In this document: in pieces, positions 48,259-59,934 of the stretch
How the letters are laid out: every line of letters starts with the position of its first letter
Position numbering within the stretch: position 1 is the stretch's first letter
IMG/VR virus record: IMGVR_UViG_3300030419_003817
Span: 1 to 64,000 of that record
Source of the DNA: a virus
Strand: one strand, 5' to 3'
DNA length: 64,000 nucleotides
Notes under the pieces: generated by a model
The model's input: the letters and a program-made list of their open reading frames with translations, nothing else
Told to the model about the DNA's origin: nothing
Database searches by the model: none
Position numbers and translations under genes: made by a program

Positions 48259-49793
48259 TAAAAGTCTCCTTCTTGTTCCTCATCGCCATGTAATCCTGCT
48301 TCCTGTTCTGCTTTGATTTGAGAATCTATCAATTTAATATCATCCTCACTTTGCCGTAAAACATGCTTCTTTACATACTCTAAAGAATAATACTTTCCAA
48401 TATAGTCATCAATTTGACTCAACATATCTAATCTTTCTTTTAGAATCTCACCCTCTTTTAACTCGCTGAAGTAAGAATCTTTCAACCACCTAAACGCCAT
48501 ATTTTCGCTAATCGCTGGCCAGTCATCCTCTGTTATGATTCCTTTTAGAATTAACTGAATTCTTAATAACTGACTAAACAAATCAGAAAATCGGTTTCTT
48601 AAACGGTCAATAAACTTAAAGAATTTTAATTCATCACGAGTAATTTCCGCAGAACGACCCATATTAAATCCATTGTCGGCCTCCAGTCTACTACTCGGAA
48701 CATTTAATGCTTGATATAATCTCTTCTTGAAATATTCGACATCATCCATTTCACCAAGATTTTGTCCGCCATCGAGAGTAGAAATTTCAGTTCCTCTACC
48801 ACCCTCTCTTCTTGGCAACCAATAATCCTCTAGCATAGACATATGCCTTCTATCGTCTCTCATTTCGCCTGTGCTTGCATCATATACAAGTTTGTTTCGA
48901 TAACGATTCATAATATCACGAAGATATTGTTCTGCTTTATTCTTTGGTAGATTACCAACATCAATGTAGAAAATTCTTCGTTCGGGGGCACGAGAGATGC
49001 GATAAATCACAACCGCGTCTTCAATCATTCTTAGTTGATTAAGAGGTTTGATTGCTTTTTGAAGATAACCAAACACTCTGCTTTTTGTTGCATCAAACAA
49101 TCCTGAATGAACATAACAGATAGAGTCTGGTGCAACTTTAATGCCTTCGGATAGTGTTGGGTTTTTGTCTAATTCACTGTAAACATAAAACTCTTCAACA
49201 TTATCGATAATATTAAATCTCTCTACACCGTTTCCCTTTGGTTTCTTTTGTACCTTTTTGACTTTTCTTATCTTTGTTGGGTCGATTGGTCTCAGTTCTT
49301 GAATTCCTTTTTTTGGAGAACTGTCATCAATCATGATATGAAAATATAAACGACTCTCGATATACCATCTTCGAAACACATCATACCCCTTCACTTTAAA
49401 TTTAAGAAGTCTGAGTATTTCTTCAAATTCATTTTGAATTTTGTTTTTAATTGACTCTGATAAATCAACATCATCCAATATTAAATCACATGGATTCTGT
49501 TTATCATCATAAACTATTGCTTCATTTATAATATCATCAACAGCAATTTCAATTTCTGGGTGTAATGACATATCCCGATATTTGTTTATCAGGTCTATGT
49601 CATTTTTAATTGAACCATTAAAGTCAATATAAGAACCATAGAAACCCCCTGCTTCAACAAGTGCGGCGCCGTCATCAGTCTCTGGTGGGGCAAAAGACTT
49701 TAATCTTGACTGGTCACCGAGGGAGGTTTCTTGTGGTTTTGCAGGGACTTTGCCCTTTCTTCCTATGGAGAATCCAAATAAATCGATTGGCAT
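48258..49793 (-). CDS. g20: Portal protein gp20
   Basis: LFGFSI, NQLRMIEDAVVIYRISRAPERRIFYIDVGNLPK.KAEQY, EDYWLPRREGGRGTEI. Confidence 0.98.
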   Translation of the reverse strand: MPIDLFGFSIGRKGKVPAKPQETSLGDQSRLKSFAPPETDDGAALVEAGGFYGSYIDFNGSIKNDIDLINKYRDMSLHPEIEIAVDDIINEAIVYDDKQNPCDLILDDVDLSESIKNKIQNEFEEILRLLKFKVKGYDVFRRWYIESRLYFHIMIDDSSPKKGIQELRPIDPTKIRKVKKVQKKPKGNGVERFNIIDNVEEFYVYSELDKNPTLSEGIKVAPDSICYVHSGLFDATKSRVFGYLQKAIKPLNQLRMIEDAVVIYRISRAPERRIFYIDVGNLPKNKAEQYLRDIMNRYRNKLVYDASTGEMRDDRRHMSMLEDYWLPRREGGRGTEISTLDGGQNLGEMDDVEYFKKRLYQALNVPSSRLEADNGFNMGRSAEITRDELKFFKFIDRLRNRFSDLFSQLLRIQLILKGIITEDDWPAISENMAFRWLKDSYFSELKEGEILKERLDMLSQIDDYIGKYYSLEYVKKHVLRQSEDDIKLIDSQIKAEQEAGLHGDEEQEGDF

Positions 49794-49824
49794 AAAACCA
49801 TTCCTTCATAATAAAAATTTCAAA

Positions 49825-50427
49825 TTAAGTGTTAGTGAACTTCTGTCCTGACGGTTGGTCACCATCTGTTACTGACCCACCGAACGAACTCTTCTTACCG
49901 AGTGCAGTCCAATAACTGTATTGTAGTGTCACTGTGAATTCGTGAATTGAATCTGTGGTTTCATAAGAAACATCCATTGCAGATACTTCGGTTGGGAAGC
50001 AATGCATCAATTTATATGATTTTAACACACCACCATCTCTTGCTAATTGGTTAATTTCCCAATCTGCATAAACTGGTCCACCAGACTGACCTGGTCTGTG
50101 TGCGGCATCACTTGAAACATTACCTGCGTGTGAATTAATTCTGCTCATCCAATCTTCAAATCCATCACGAAGTTCGAAGTTACCATCAGCAATAACAGTG
50201 ATTGTCCATTCTGCAAAAGTTCTATCGCCTGGAATCTTAATCTTTCTACCACGATAAGGGACTTCAATCATACCCACTGTAGAAGCAGGAAGTTGAGCGG
50301 CCTTTACCATGAAGGGTATAAGTCTTTCTTGTTGAGGGGTACTACCACCAAGCGAACCAGTTACTTCAAACAAATGGGGACGAACGCCGCCACCGATTAG
50401 TTTTGATGAAAAGTCATTTACATTCAT
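49825..50427 (-). CDS. g19: Tail tube protein gp19
   Basis: GGVRP.LFEV, KAAQLPAS, GDRTFAEWT.T, FP, EFTVT.QY.YW. Confidence 0.95.
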   Translation of the reverse strand: MNVNDFSSKLIGGGVRPHLFEVTGSLGGSTPQQERLIPFMVKAAQLPASTVGMIEVPYRGRKIKIPGDRTFAEWTITVIADGNFELRDGFEDWMSRINSHAGNVSSDAAHRPGQSGGPVYADWEINQLARDGGVLKSYKLMHCFPTEVSAMDVSYETTDSIHEFTVTLQYSYWTALGKKSSFGGSVTDGDQPSGQKFTNT

Positions 50428-50466
50428 TTGTTTTTAACTCCTTAAAAGTTTTCTCTGTATTATATA

Positions 50467-50490
50467 GGTGACGCCTCGAAAGGCGCCACC
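50467..50490 (-). terminator. UUCG hairpin between g18 and g19 (terminator or RNA-stability element)
   Basis: GGTGGCGCCT-TTCG-AGGCGTCACC; no U-tract, followed by TATATAAT. Confidence 0.6.
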
Positions 50491-50504
50491 CATAAATTGC
50501 CTTT

Positions 50505-52499
50505 TTATCCACCTACTTCTGTGAAGTCAACACCTGTTGGGGTTGCAATGAAGTTAAGAGTGATGAAGTTAATTGCTCTCGCAGGTTTAATGTAAATATC
50601 TGCAACAAACTCGTTTCTATCAATTACACTGCCAGGGTTGTTGCTTTCGTCACATACAACCTTGAAGTCAAAGATACCTCTTCGTGCTTGTACATCTCGT
50701 AAGAAAGGCACAACCAAGTTTCTAAACTGCGAACGAGTAAACTCGTCATTGAACTCAAAGAGTTGGAACTTCGCGGCGGTTGCAATTGCTTTCTCAAGAA
50801 CAATGAAGAGTCTTCTTACATTAATTCTGTCGAATGCACTTGGTTTGCTTTGTAGTGTCTTATCTCCGAAGAGTACTACACCTTCGCCTGGGAAGGAAAC
50901 CACTGGGTTTACTTGGTCAACATAAAGGTCATCTCTGTGTGCTTTCTTTGGATTGAATGCAAGTTTTACAACACCTTGAATCTGTCCACGGTTGAATCCC
51001 GCAGGGGAGAACCATGCTTCGTTATCAACTTCAGCACGGGAACAAAGACCAGCAATGTCACCGTTTAGTGGGACATATCTGTAAACATCATTATAGCGGT
51101 CGTACTGATACTTGAATCCACTATCCATTACTGCATATGAACTACTCTTGTTGAGTGTTTCATTTCTGAAAGTTAGAATATTTTCAAGTGCTTGTGATGG
51201 TGTCTTATCCTTAACAAGATTTGCACGACCAGCACCTGTTGCACCTGCTGTTGGAGACAAGAATGCAATACAATCTTTACGATTATCGCACATATCAATG
51301 AGCAATCGTTGTATTGTTGCAGAAGAATCTCCACCAAGAACGAGTGAAACATCTACACTTTCTGCATCTTCAAACTCTGCATAACCCTTGGTGTAAATAT
51401 CACCGTCTGATGGCCAGTTGCCATCATCTCCACCAGAAAGACTATACTTTCTTGAAGCAGAGCGATGAACACCAAATGTTGCACCTGCATCAGAAGAAAT
51501 ATCGGCAAATGTTGTACCCGATTTGGTAGCAGTAGTAATATTGTCTAGGTCTTCGTCTGCCCAGATGTATAATGATTCGTTGTTGATAACATCCTTATAG
51601 AAGTTACCAGAACCATCAAATTTAATTGCATCAGATGCTTTTGAAACTCCCTCGAATGTTTCGAGAATTGTTCCTTTTGTTCCTGTCCATTCACCATCTT
51701 CGTCTACAATAACGATGTTAAGTGCATCGTTTGTACCGCCCGCGTTTGCAACATCTTCTGTTGTGGTTGGTTCTGTAAGGAATACATCTGAATATCTTCG
51801 GATAATACCGAAAGTTGTTCCGGCAGGAACACTGTTTCGGAATGGTGCTGAAACAACGATATCGGCCGATACACCAGAAACAGCATTTTCTAATGATACA
51901 ACTGTTCTTCCGCTTCCGCTTCCATTTGCATAGAATACAATTCTGTCTCCTTGGTTAGCAGTAAGTGTGTCGCCAGTTCCAGTGAGTCCGAAACTTAAAT
52001 CACCAACAGAAATTGCGTTGGCGGTGACTCCATCGCCTCGTGCATCCAGAACTAGATTACCCGTTGTTCCCTTTTGTCCATCATCATCAAACACATGAAC
52101 TGCAAGACTGTTTCCGAGTGTGCCTGGATATTTTGCAAAGAACTTATTATCACTATTGGAATCCTTTACGGTGTTCCAGTGTTCCTCATTCTTTACAAGT
52201 ACACCCGTTCCACTGTCAGTTGAGTTGACTGCCGTATCTGTATCTACAACACGAACTACCTGAAGGTTGTTCGAATATCCTAGATAGTTTGCACATGTGA
52301 AAAATGAATTGTAGTAGTTGTTGTCTGGTTTCCAGAATGTATTTACGAGGTCATTCTCAGAAACAACATTTGTTCGAACCTCTACTGGTCCCCATTTAAA
52401 AGGACCTGCGAATGCGGCCTGTGTGGTCTGCACTGCGGGAACGATTGTTGTTAGGTCAATCTCTTTTACATTTACGCCTGGACTTACTTGAAAACCCAT
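50505..52499 (-). CDS. g18: Tail sheath protein gp18
   Basis: SPGV.VKEIDLT, F.WGP, WFSPAG.NRG, AFDRINVRRLF, KPARAINFI.LNF. Confidence 0.98.
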   Translation of the reverse strand: MGFQVSPGVNVKEIDLTTIVPAVQTTQAAFAGPFKWGPVEVRTNVVSENDLVNTFWKPDNNYYNSFFTCANYLGYSNNLQVVRVVDTDTAVNSTDSGTGVLVKNEEHWNTVKDSNSDNKFFAKYPGTLGNSLAVHVFDDDGQKGTTGNLVLDARGDGVTANAISVGDLSFGLTGTGDTLTANQGDRIVFYANGSGSGRTVVSLENAVSGVSADIVVSAPFRNSVPAGTTFGIIRRYSDVFLTEPTTTEDVANAGGTNDALNIVIVDEDGEWTGTKGTILETFEGVSKASDAIKFDGSGNFYKDVINNESLYIWADEDLDNITTATKSGTTFADISSDAGATFGVHRSASRKYSLSGGDDGNWPSDGDIYTKGYAEFEDAESVDVSLVLGGDSSATIQRLLIDMCDNRKDCIAFLSPTAGATGAGRANLVKDKTPSQALENILTFRNETLNKSSSYAVMDSGFKYQYDRYNDVYRYVPLNGDIAGLCSRAEVDNEAWFSPAGFNRGQIQGVVKLAFNPKKAHRDDLYVDQVNPVVSFPGEGVVLFGDKTLQSKPSAFDRINVRRLFIVLEKAIATAAKFQLFEFNDEFTRSQFRNLVVPFLRDVQARRGIFDFKVVCDESNNPGSVIDRNEFVADIYIKPARAINFITLNFIATPTGVDFTEVGG

Positions 52500-52573
52500 T
52501 ATTATTCTCCTTGTCCGTTTATTGGTGGTTTATCGATACTTTATCGAGGTCTTTATGGTATTATGTCTTGAGA

Positions 52574-52581
52574 TATTTATA
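52574..52581 (-). promoter_or_regulatory. T4 late promoter upstream of g18
   Basis: Exact TATAAATA. Confidence 0.8.
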
Positions 52582-52585
52582 ATTT

Positions 52586-54725
<2,140 letters not shown>

Positions 54726-54738
54726 TTAACACCCCAAT

Positions 54739-55614
54739 CTAAACAGTATTACCACGAATATCTATACCAGGACCTCCTGTTACTCCCGCAGTATAACCAA
54801 ACACGAATAAATCATGAGCAAAGTCTGTGGTGTATCCGCCTATTCCGACCCCTGCACCAGTAGGTCCTGCATCTGGACCTGTAGCAGAAACATCCACACG
54901 AGAGAATGCGCCCGTTGCTCCAGTTGCTCCATGAATACCATGGTCAGAATCAAGGTCATCATAATTGAAGAATGTAGTTTGAACTGTTCGAACAACGCCT
55001 TGTTCTCGAATGGCGCCATAGACATAAGACTTTACCGTAAAGTTTAAAGTGAATGTTATACTTCTTCGGGTGTCAAAATCACCCTCATAGTCCTCTTCGG
55101 TTGTGATGTTGTTTAATACAACGGGCACATCAATTTTTTGTGCGATGTCAGTTTCTAAATTAAGTGTGACATTAAATTCTGGTGTAAAGTATGGAACAAT
55201 CTGCTCCATTATTTGTAAACCATCATCCATATTACGAGTCATGATATAAAGGTTAAATTCAAAATTATAAGGGACTTCCGAAAAAGTTCTTTTTACTTTG
55301 TAATTGTTGTCACTGTTTGCAACAAACCTTTTTTGCATTGTGTTTCTTTTTCGTGCGTTGTCGTATGTTATGTTGGAAATATCAAATCCCATTCTTGGTA
55401 AAGCATACCGTGCCTTTATGTCGTCACTTAGTGAACTTGCTTGCATTGCTCTCACTAAGAATTTTTCTTTTGGTCCATACGATAACGGAATTCTAATCTC
55501 TTCTTTTGTCGAACCATCTGAATTCGAGCGAATAATTCTAACATCATTAAACAACGAACCAAAGGCAACAACCAACTTTCGAATAGAACTGTGATAGAAA
55601 GGACTTCCAAACAT
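54739..55614 (-). CDS. g15: Tail sheath stabiliser/terminator gp15 with Gly/Thr-rich C-terminal extension
   Basis: FYH..IRK.VVAFG.LFN, PLSYGPKEKF, LPRM.F, QI.PYF.P, YEGDF. Confidence 0.93.
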   Translation of the reverse strand: MFGSPFYHSSIRKLVVAFGSLFNDVRIIRSNSDGSTKEEIRIPLSYGPKEKFLVRAMQASSLSDDIKARYALPRMGFDISNITYDNARKRNTMQKRFVANSDNNYKVKRTFSEVPYNFEFNLYIMTRNMDDGLQIMEQIVPYFTPEFNVTLNLETDIAQKIDVPVVLNNITTEEDYEGDFDTRRSITFTLNFTVKSYVYGAIREQGVVRTVQTTFFNYDDLDSDHGIHGATGATGAFSRVDVSATGPDAGPTGAGVGIGGYTTDFAHDLFVFGYTAGVTGGPGIDIRGNTV

Positions 55615-56507
55615 TATGAGTATCCACCTTCAGAGAATGGGTCTGTGTCAGTGAAGTCAAATATACTGCTTGCATCTGCCTCGAATTCAATAAAGGCGTT
55701 GTCTCCTGCATCACCAGATATTCCTTGTGGTATTATAATTGTAGTGGACGATGATGTAGTAATATCATAATCTGCTGTTGATGTAGAACCTACTACCTTT
55801 CCAGATGTGTCGAAAGTTCCAGAAACAGGGGAAATTGTAAGTTCCTTTGTATCGCCTGTCCATCCCGTTGCTGTTGCAATTGCTGTGGCATCTGCTAAAT
55901 TAGTTCCCTGATAAACTGTTTCGCCGATAAAGTAGTCTGATGCACTGCTGTTTTGCGTTCCTAGTGTAAGAAGAACGGCAAACTGATTCGTATTGTCTTC
56001 AAGAACATCAACATCGTCATAACCCGTATTGATTTCCTCGTGACTGTAAACGAAGAGTTCACATGAGAGTTTATATGTGTATAATTTACCCAATTGATAA
56101 AATGGGTTTTCGTGTTCTACAAATTTAATTTCAAACATGCCCTTTGAGAGTGGGAAATATATTAAATCTCCCTCTCTGGGTCTTGTGATGTTTTCATCAT
56201 GTTCAAAGACCTTTTCAAATCTCTTTTTAGCAACAACCAAATCTATACTATCTCGAATCTCAAGGCCAAACTTTGATATGAAATCACCCTCGCCTTGAAA
56301 TCCATCTACCGTATCAATATACATTTCGATTGTATTTGCTTCAGTAAATTTAGAAAGAACATCTTCCCCAAAAAGTGTGTCTCTATCAACAGTTACACGG
56401 GGGATATAAACCATATCTTGGCCGTGAATCTGAATAGTTTCAACCGTCAAGTCCTCTATCAGTGCCTGCTCTGATGCTTTATGTTTGAAGTAAGAATTCT
56501 TTGCCAT
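55614..56507 (-). CDS. g14: Neck protein gp14
   Basis: G.D..YIPR, FGED..SKF, SKFG, RPREGDLIYFP, PFYQLGK. Confidence 0.94.
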   Translation of the reverse strand: MAKNSYFKHKASEQALIEDLTVETIQIHGQDMVYIPRVTVDRDTLFGEDVLSKFTEANTIEMYIDTVDGFQGEGDFISKFGLEIRDSIDLVVAKKRFEKVFEHDENITRPREGDLIYFPLSKGMFEIKFVEHENPFYQLGKLYTYKLSCELFVYSHEEINTGYDDVDVLEDNTNQFAVLLTLGTQNSSASDYFIGETVYQGTNLADATAIATATGWTGDTKELTISPVSGTFDTSGKVVGSTSTADYDITTSSSTTIIIPQGISGDAGDNAFIEFEADASSIFDFTDTDPFSEGGYS

Positions 56508-56539
56508 TAAAATCTCTTTATTAATTTACACTTTTTTAC

Positions 56540-56568
56540 TTGACTCAATTTACCATTGTACTTATAAT
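56540..56568 (+). promoter_or_regulatory. sigma70-like promoter on the antisense (+) strand between g13 and g14
   Basis: TTGACT-N17-TATAAT. Confidence 0.55.
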
Positions 56569-56595
56569 CACTTTGTGGCCGAGAGAAGAGTAATA

Positions 56596-57381
56596 TTAAC
56601 CTACTGTAAAATCTACTGGTAATTCATAACGGAGTTGAACTTCTTCTTCTATCTTTTCAATTTCAGTTTGTGCCTGGTCAAAAAGTTGTGTTCCGTTAAA
56701 CTGGACTCCACCCGGCAATTGAATACCTTCAAATTTAGAAAGATTTTGTCCCCATTGCCTTTTTATATTTGCTGTGTAATATTTTTTCAAAAGAATATCA
56801 TTGTATATTTCTGTATAAACTTCTGGGTCAATTGTTGAATAGCATTCAAAAACTAGAAAATCTCCTGCTTCAATATCTTCATCCCAGTTCATATCAACAT
56901 GAAGACGATTTTTGACTCGACTAAAACGAATCATTTTTTCTGGGTCTAACATCTGTTGTATTAAAGAGAGATGTCTTTTTGTTATATCATAATTTGAAAG
57001 ATTTCCCATCCCTGTTCGAATACCATAGAAATCATTTAATGCCATTTGGTAACGAACATCAAACATATTTACCGTGGATTCTGAAAATTGAAATAATCGA
57101 GTAACACTTATAATGTTTGGGTCTATACCATCAAGTGAGATATAACCTGCGTTTAAGTGGTCGTCTGCATCTTTTTTATTTGCATCAATATCTGACTGAG
57201 TTACTTCATATTTGTAGTATCGTCTATCGACACCATCAAAATGATACTCTGCAAAAAATTGTAAAGCATCGTCTAATCGGTCTTCCATTTGAGAATCATC
57301 CACATTGATATCAATGACAGGTGACCCCAATCTCCTTAGAGCGTATTCTTTAAGTTGTTCCCTCGATGCTGGTTTCGACAT
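56596..57381 (-). CDS. g13: Neck protein gp13
   Basis: SREQLKEY.LRRLG.PVI.INV, EYHFDG, QWGQNL.KF.G.QLPGGV. Confidence 0.95.
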   Translation of the reverse strand: MSKPASREQLKEYALRRLGSPVIDINVDDSQMEDRLDDALQFFAEYHFDGVDRRYYKYEVTQSDIDANKKDADDHLNAGYISLDGIDPNIISVTRLFQFSESTVNMFDVRYQMALNDFYGIRTGMGNLSNYDITKRHLSLIQQMLDPEKMIRFSRVKNRLHVDMNWDEDIEAGDFLVFECYSTIDPEVYTEIYNDILLKKYYTANIKRQWGQNLSKFEGIQLPGGVQFNGTQLFDQAQTEIEKIEEEVQLRYELPVDFTVG

Positions 57382-57476
57382 CTGTTATGCTCCTATTTCG
57401 TTTATGTTTCCTCTTATATGTATAACTTCTGGAGCATTTTCTAATTTTTGTGCCTTTTGGTTTTTGCTTTTTACCC

Positions 57477-57857
57477 CTAGTTTTGATTATTTTTTTCATT
57501 TCTGAAGTATTTTTTTAAGTCCTTTTCTACTTTTCTTTTTTTTGCTTGTATATCAGAGGTTTGCTTCATCTTTTCGACTTTTTCTTTTCTAATATTATTT
57601 TCTAGGATTGAATCTTCTATCAATATTTTTAAGTCATTAATTCTGTTAATATATCTGTCTCCATCCATCCACTTTGGAACTTCGTTCACTTGATAATTAT
57701 CTTTCATTATATAATATTTTCTATCACCCGGTCTATAAACCACCCCAACTGCACCATCTGGAAGAGAATAGTTTGGTTCAATTTTTATAAAATCTTTCAA
57801 ATCAAAACTTTCTCCATTTATTGTAACCGTATCATGTAATTGGGAAAAAAATTCCAT
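57477..57857 (-). CDS. Hypothetical protein
   Basis: 126 aa ORF with GGAG RBS. Confidence 0.6.
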   Translation of the reverse strand: MEFFSQLHDTVTINGESFDLKDFIKIEPNYSLPDGAVGVVYRPGDRKYYIMKDNYQVNEVPKWMDGDRYINRINDLKILIEDSILENNIRKEKVEKMKQTSDIQAKKRKVEKDLKKYFRNEKNNQN

Positions 57858-57874
57858 AATCAAAACTCCATAAT

Positions 57875-59917
57875 TTATTTACCAGTATATACATTACTAT
57901 ATGGACTACTTACTGATGTTCCTTTAGATTTTTCTGACTGAACTGCTTTATATGAGACTGATGATGATAGGTTTTTCTTAGATACTATCTTACTTCCACC
58001 CTTTCCTCCAGTGTCTGCCAATTCTTTAAAATCTGTTATAGAATTAATATTCGCCTCTGCTTCTTGTTGTGACGCTTTCTTTTGTAGATAATACTCAGAG
58101 ACATCCTTATACAAGTCAGTAATATCAATTGGTCTTAGTTCTCTCGAAGTAGTGCCGTCTAAATCAACTAATACAACTCCTTGGGTTAGTCCCGACTCTA
58201 CCGCGGCCGCATATGAACCAAGAGTTTCATAAGTCTTTGGTGTGAGTTTGAAGTTAAAGATATCAAAATATCCTCCAGACACTCCCGCACCACTTACACC
58301 GGCCGCTCCTGAACCTACTCGTAAAGCAGTGTTACCCATTAAGTGTATTAGGTTATTTGGATTTGCTGTAGAACCACTTACACCAAGAGAAAAGTCCTGA
58401 TTCATTGCGTCATTTGATGCTGAGATTGATATCAATCTACTATTTGTAATACCAATTATATCTTCAAACGGAATTGATGAAATTGCCCATGTTGCAAAAC
58501 TTCCAGTAAGTCCTTGAGTTCCACCTGCACCTGCACCCGTTACACCCCCAGTTCCTCCCGTACCAGAAAATCCATATAAAAATCCTCTATCCGCACTGAA
58601 TCCTTCCATTGCACCAGTGACACCGATATTTGAAAGATGAAGAATATTTCCTGTATCACCCGCAGTTGAACCACTAAGTCCACCTAAAACCAAAGAGGTT
58701 GCTTTTGCTGATACAATATTAAATCCTCTTTCAACAAATTTATTACAACCACAAATTCCATGCATAGGAACTAATAGTTTGGTATATACCTGGTCTCCAG
58801 TTCCAACTTCAGCAGGAGTTGAAATTCCTGCCCCGGTCGCCATCGTTCCACCCGATGGTCCATCAATTATTCTTTGCCAATCTGTACCCGTAATATCACC
58901 AGCAACATAATGAAAATCAGACATATATCCCTTGAATGGTTTTGTTCCATCTGATTCTGCTCCAATAGAGAAGGAGTTTGTATCACTTGTCCAGTTATTT
59001 GAGTTTGTAACTTCGGTTTGGTCTTTCAATACTCCGTCAATGAATATTCTTAATTGGTCGTTGGAGCGTTCTACCTGACAATGATGCCATCCCACTGTAA
59101 TACCAGTAGGAAGTTCTGCCTCAACAGATTTATTGAACGAGGCGCCTGTATTTCCTAAAGATGCTTTAAACTGAAACTTATTTGTTCCTGCGTCATAGTC
59201 CATATAGAAAGGACCACCAGTCGTACCCGCAGGATTTTTCTTTCCAAAAAGAACAGCACCATCTGGTGGGTGGACACCATCTAAATGAAACCAAAATTGA
59301 ATCTTTACTGCTTGATGGCCATCAAGAGTTATTCCTTGAGTAAATGGATGGTCCGTTGTACTTCCAGAAATTTCAAGATATGTACCAGTTCCTCCGGCCG
59401 CATTATCCGCACTTCCTCCAAAATACCCACAAGTCCATGCGTATTTTATAGGTTCTTGGTTTACTCCAACAGTTTTTGCGTGAACAACTTTTCCGTAGTA
59501 TCCACTCGAACCTGTTCTTCCCCTTGTTTCGATTTTATGAATACTTTGTTCGACTTCCTCATTTGCAATAAACTCACCACAACCACCATCGTCCAAATAC
59601 AAATACTGGTTTGAAAATGTTTTAAATGCTGGTAAAATGGGTGTAAGAGATGCTTCATTTTCAGGGAACGAATTATTATGATTTGTTCTATCTCTGTTTA
59701 TTAAAGGTCTATGAACATTTTCAAGAGTTGGTGGTTCTATACCAACAGGAATTGTTAAAACTTCATGTGCGTCTTGTAAACCAGATAATTCTTTAACTTT
59801 TGAAATATCTGTACCAACATCAATACCCGTAGAAGATTTATCAAGAACAGCCAATACGATATTCTGTTCGTTTAATATTACTATTTGTTCAGATAATTTA
59901 TCATTAATTGATGGCAT
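57875..59917 (-). CDS. Virion protein with LamG/concanavalin-A-like domain, Gly/Thr-rich
   Basis: IQFWF...WHH..V.R....LRIFIDG...IGA....FKGYMSDF LamG pattern. Confidence 0.75.
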   Translation of the reverse strand: MPSINDKLSEQIVILNEQNIVLAVLDKSSTGIDVGTDISKVKELSGLQDAHEVLTIPVGIEPPTLENVHRPLINRDRTNHNNSFPENEASLTPILPAFKTFSNQYLYLDDGGCGEFIANEEVEQSIHKIETRGRTGSSGYYGKVVHAKTVGVNQEPIKYAWTCGYFGGSADNAAGGTGTYLEISGSTTDHPFTQGITLDGHQAVKIQFWFHLDGVHPPDGAVLFGKKNPAGTTGGPFYMDYDAGTNKFQFKASLGNTGASFNKSVEAELPTGITVGWHHCQVERSNDQLRIFIDGVLKDQTEVTNSNNWTSDTNSFSIGAESDGTKPFKGYMSDFHYVAGDITGTDWQRIIDGPSGGTMATGAGISTPAEVGTGDQVYTKLLVPMHGICGCNKFVERGFNIVSAKATSLVLGGLSGSTAGDTGNILHLSNIGVTGAMEGFSADRGFLYGFSGTGGTGGVTGAGAGGTQGLTGSFATWAISSIPFEDIIGITNSRLISISASNDAMNQDFSLGVSGSTANPNNLIHLMGNTALRVGSGAAGVSGAGVSGGYFDIFNFKLTPKTYETLGSYAAAVESGLTQGVVLVDLDGTTSRELRPIDITDLYKDVSEYYLQKKASQQEAEANINSITDFKELADTGGKGGSKIVSKKNLSSSVSYKAVQSEKSKGTSVSSPYSNVYTGK

Positions 59918-59934
59918 AGTTTTTTCCTGTTATA

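Noticed and set aside
54739-59917. Collagen-like (Gly-X-Y)n domains as the explanation for GATG motifs
   Set aside because: Runs are only two or three triplets and are scattered in globular proteins, too short for a triple helix
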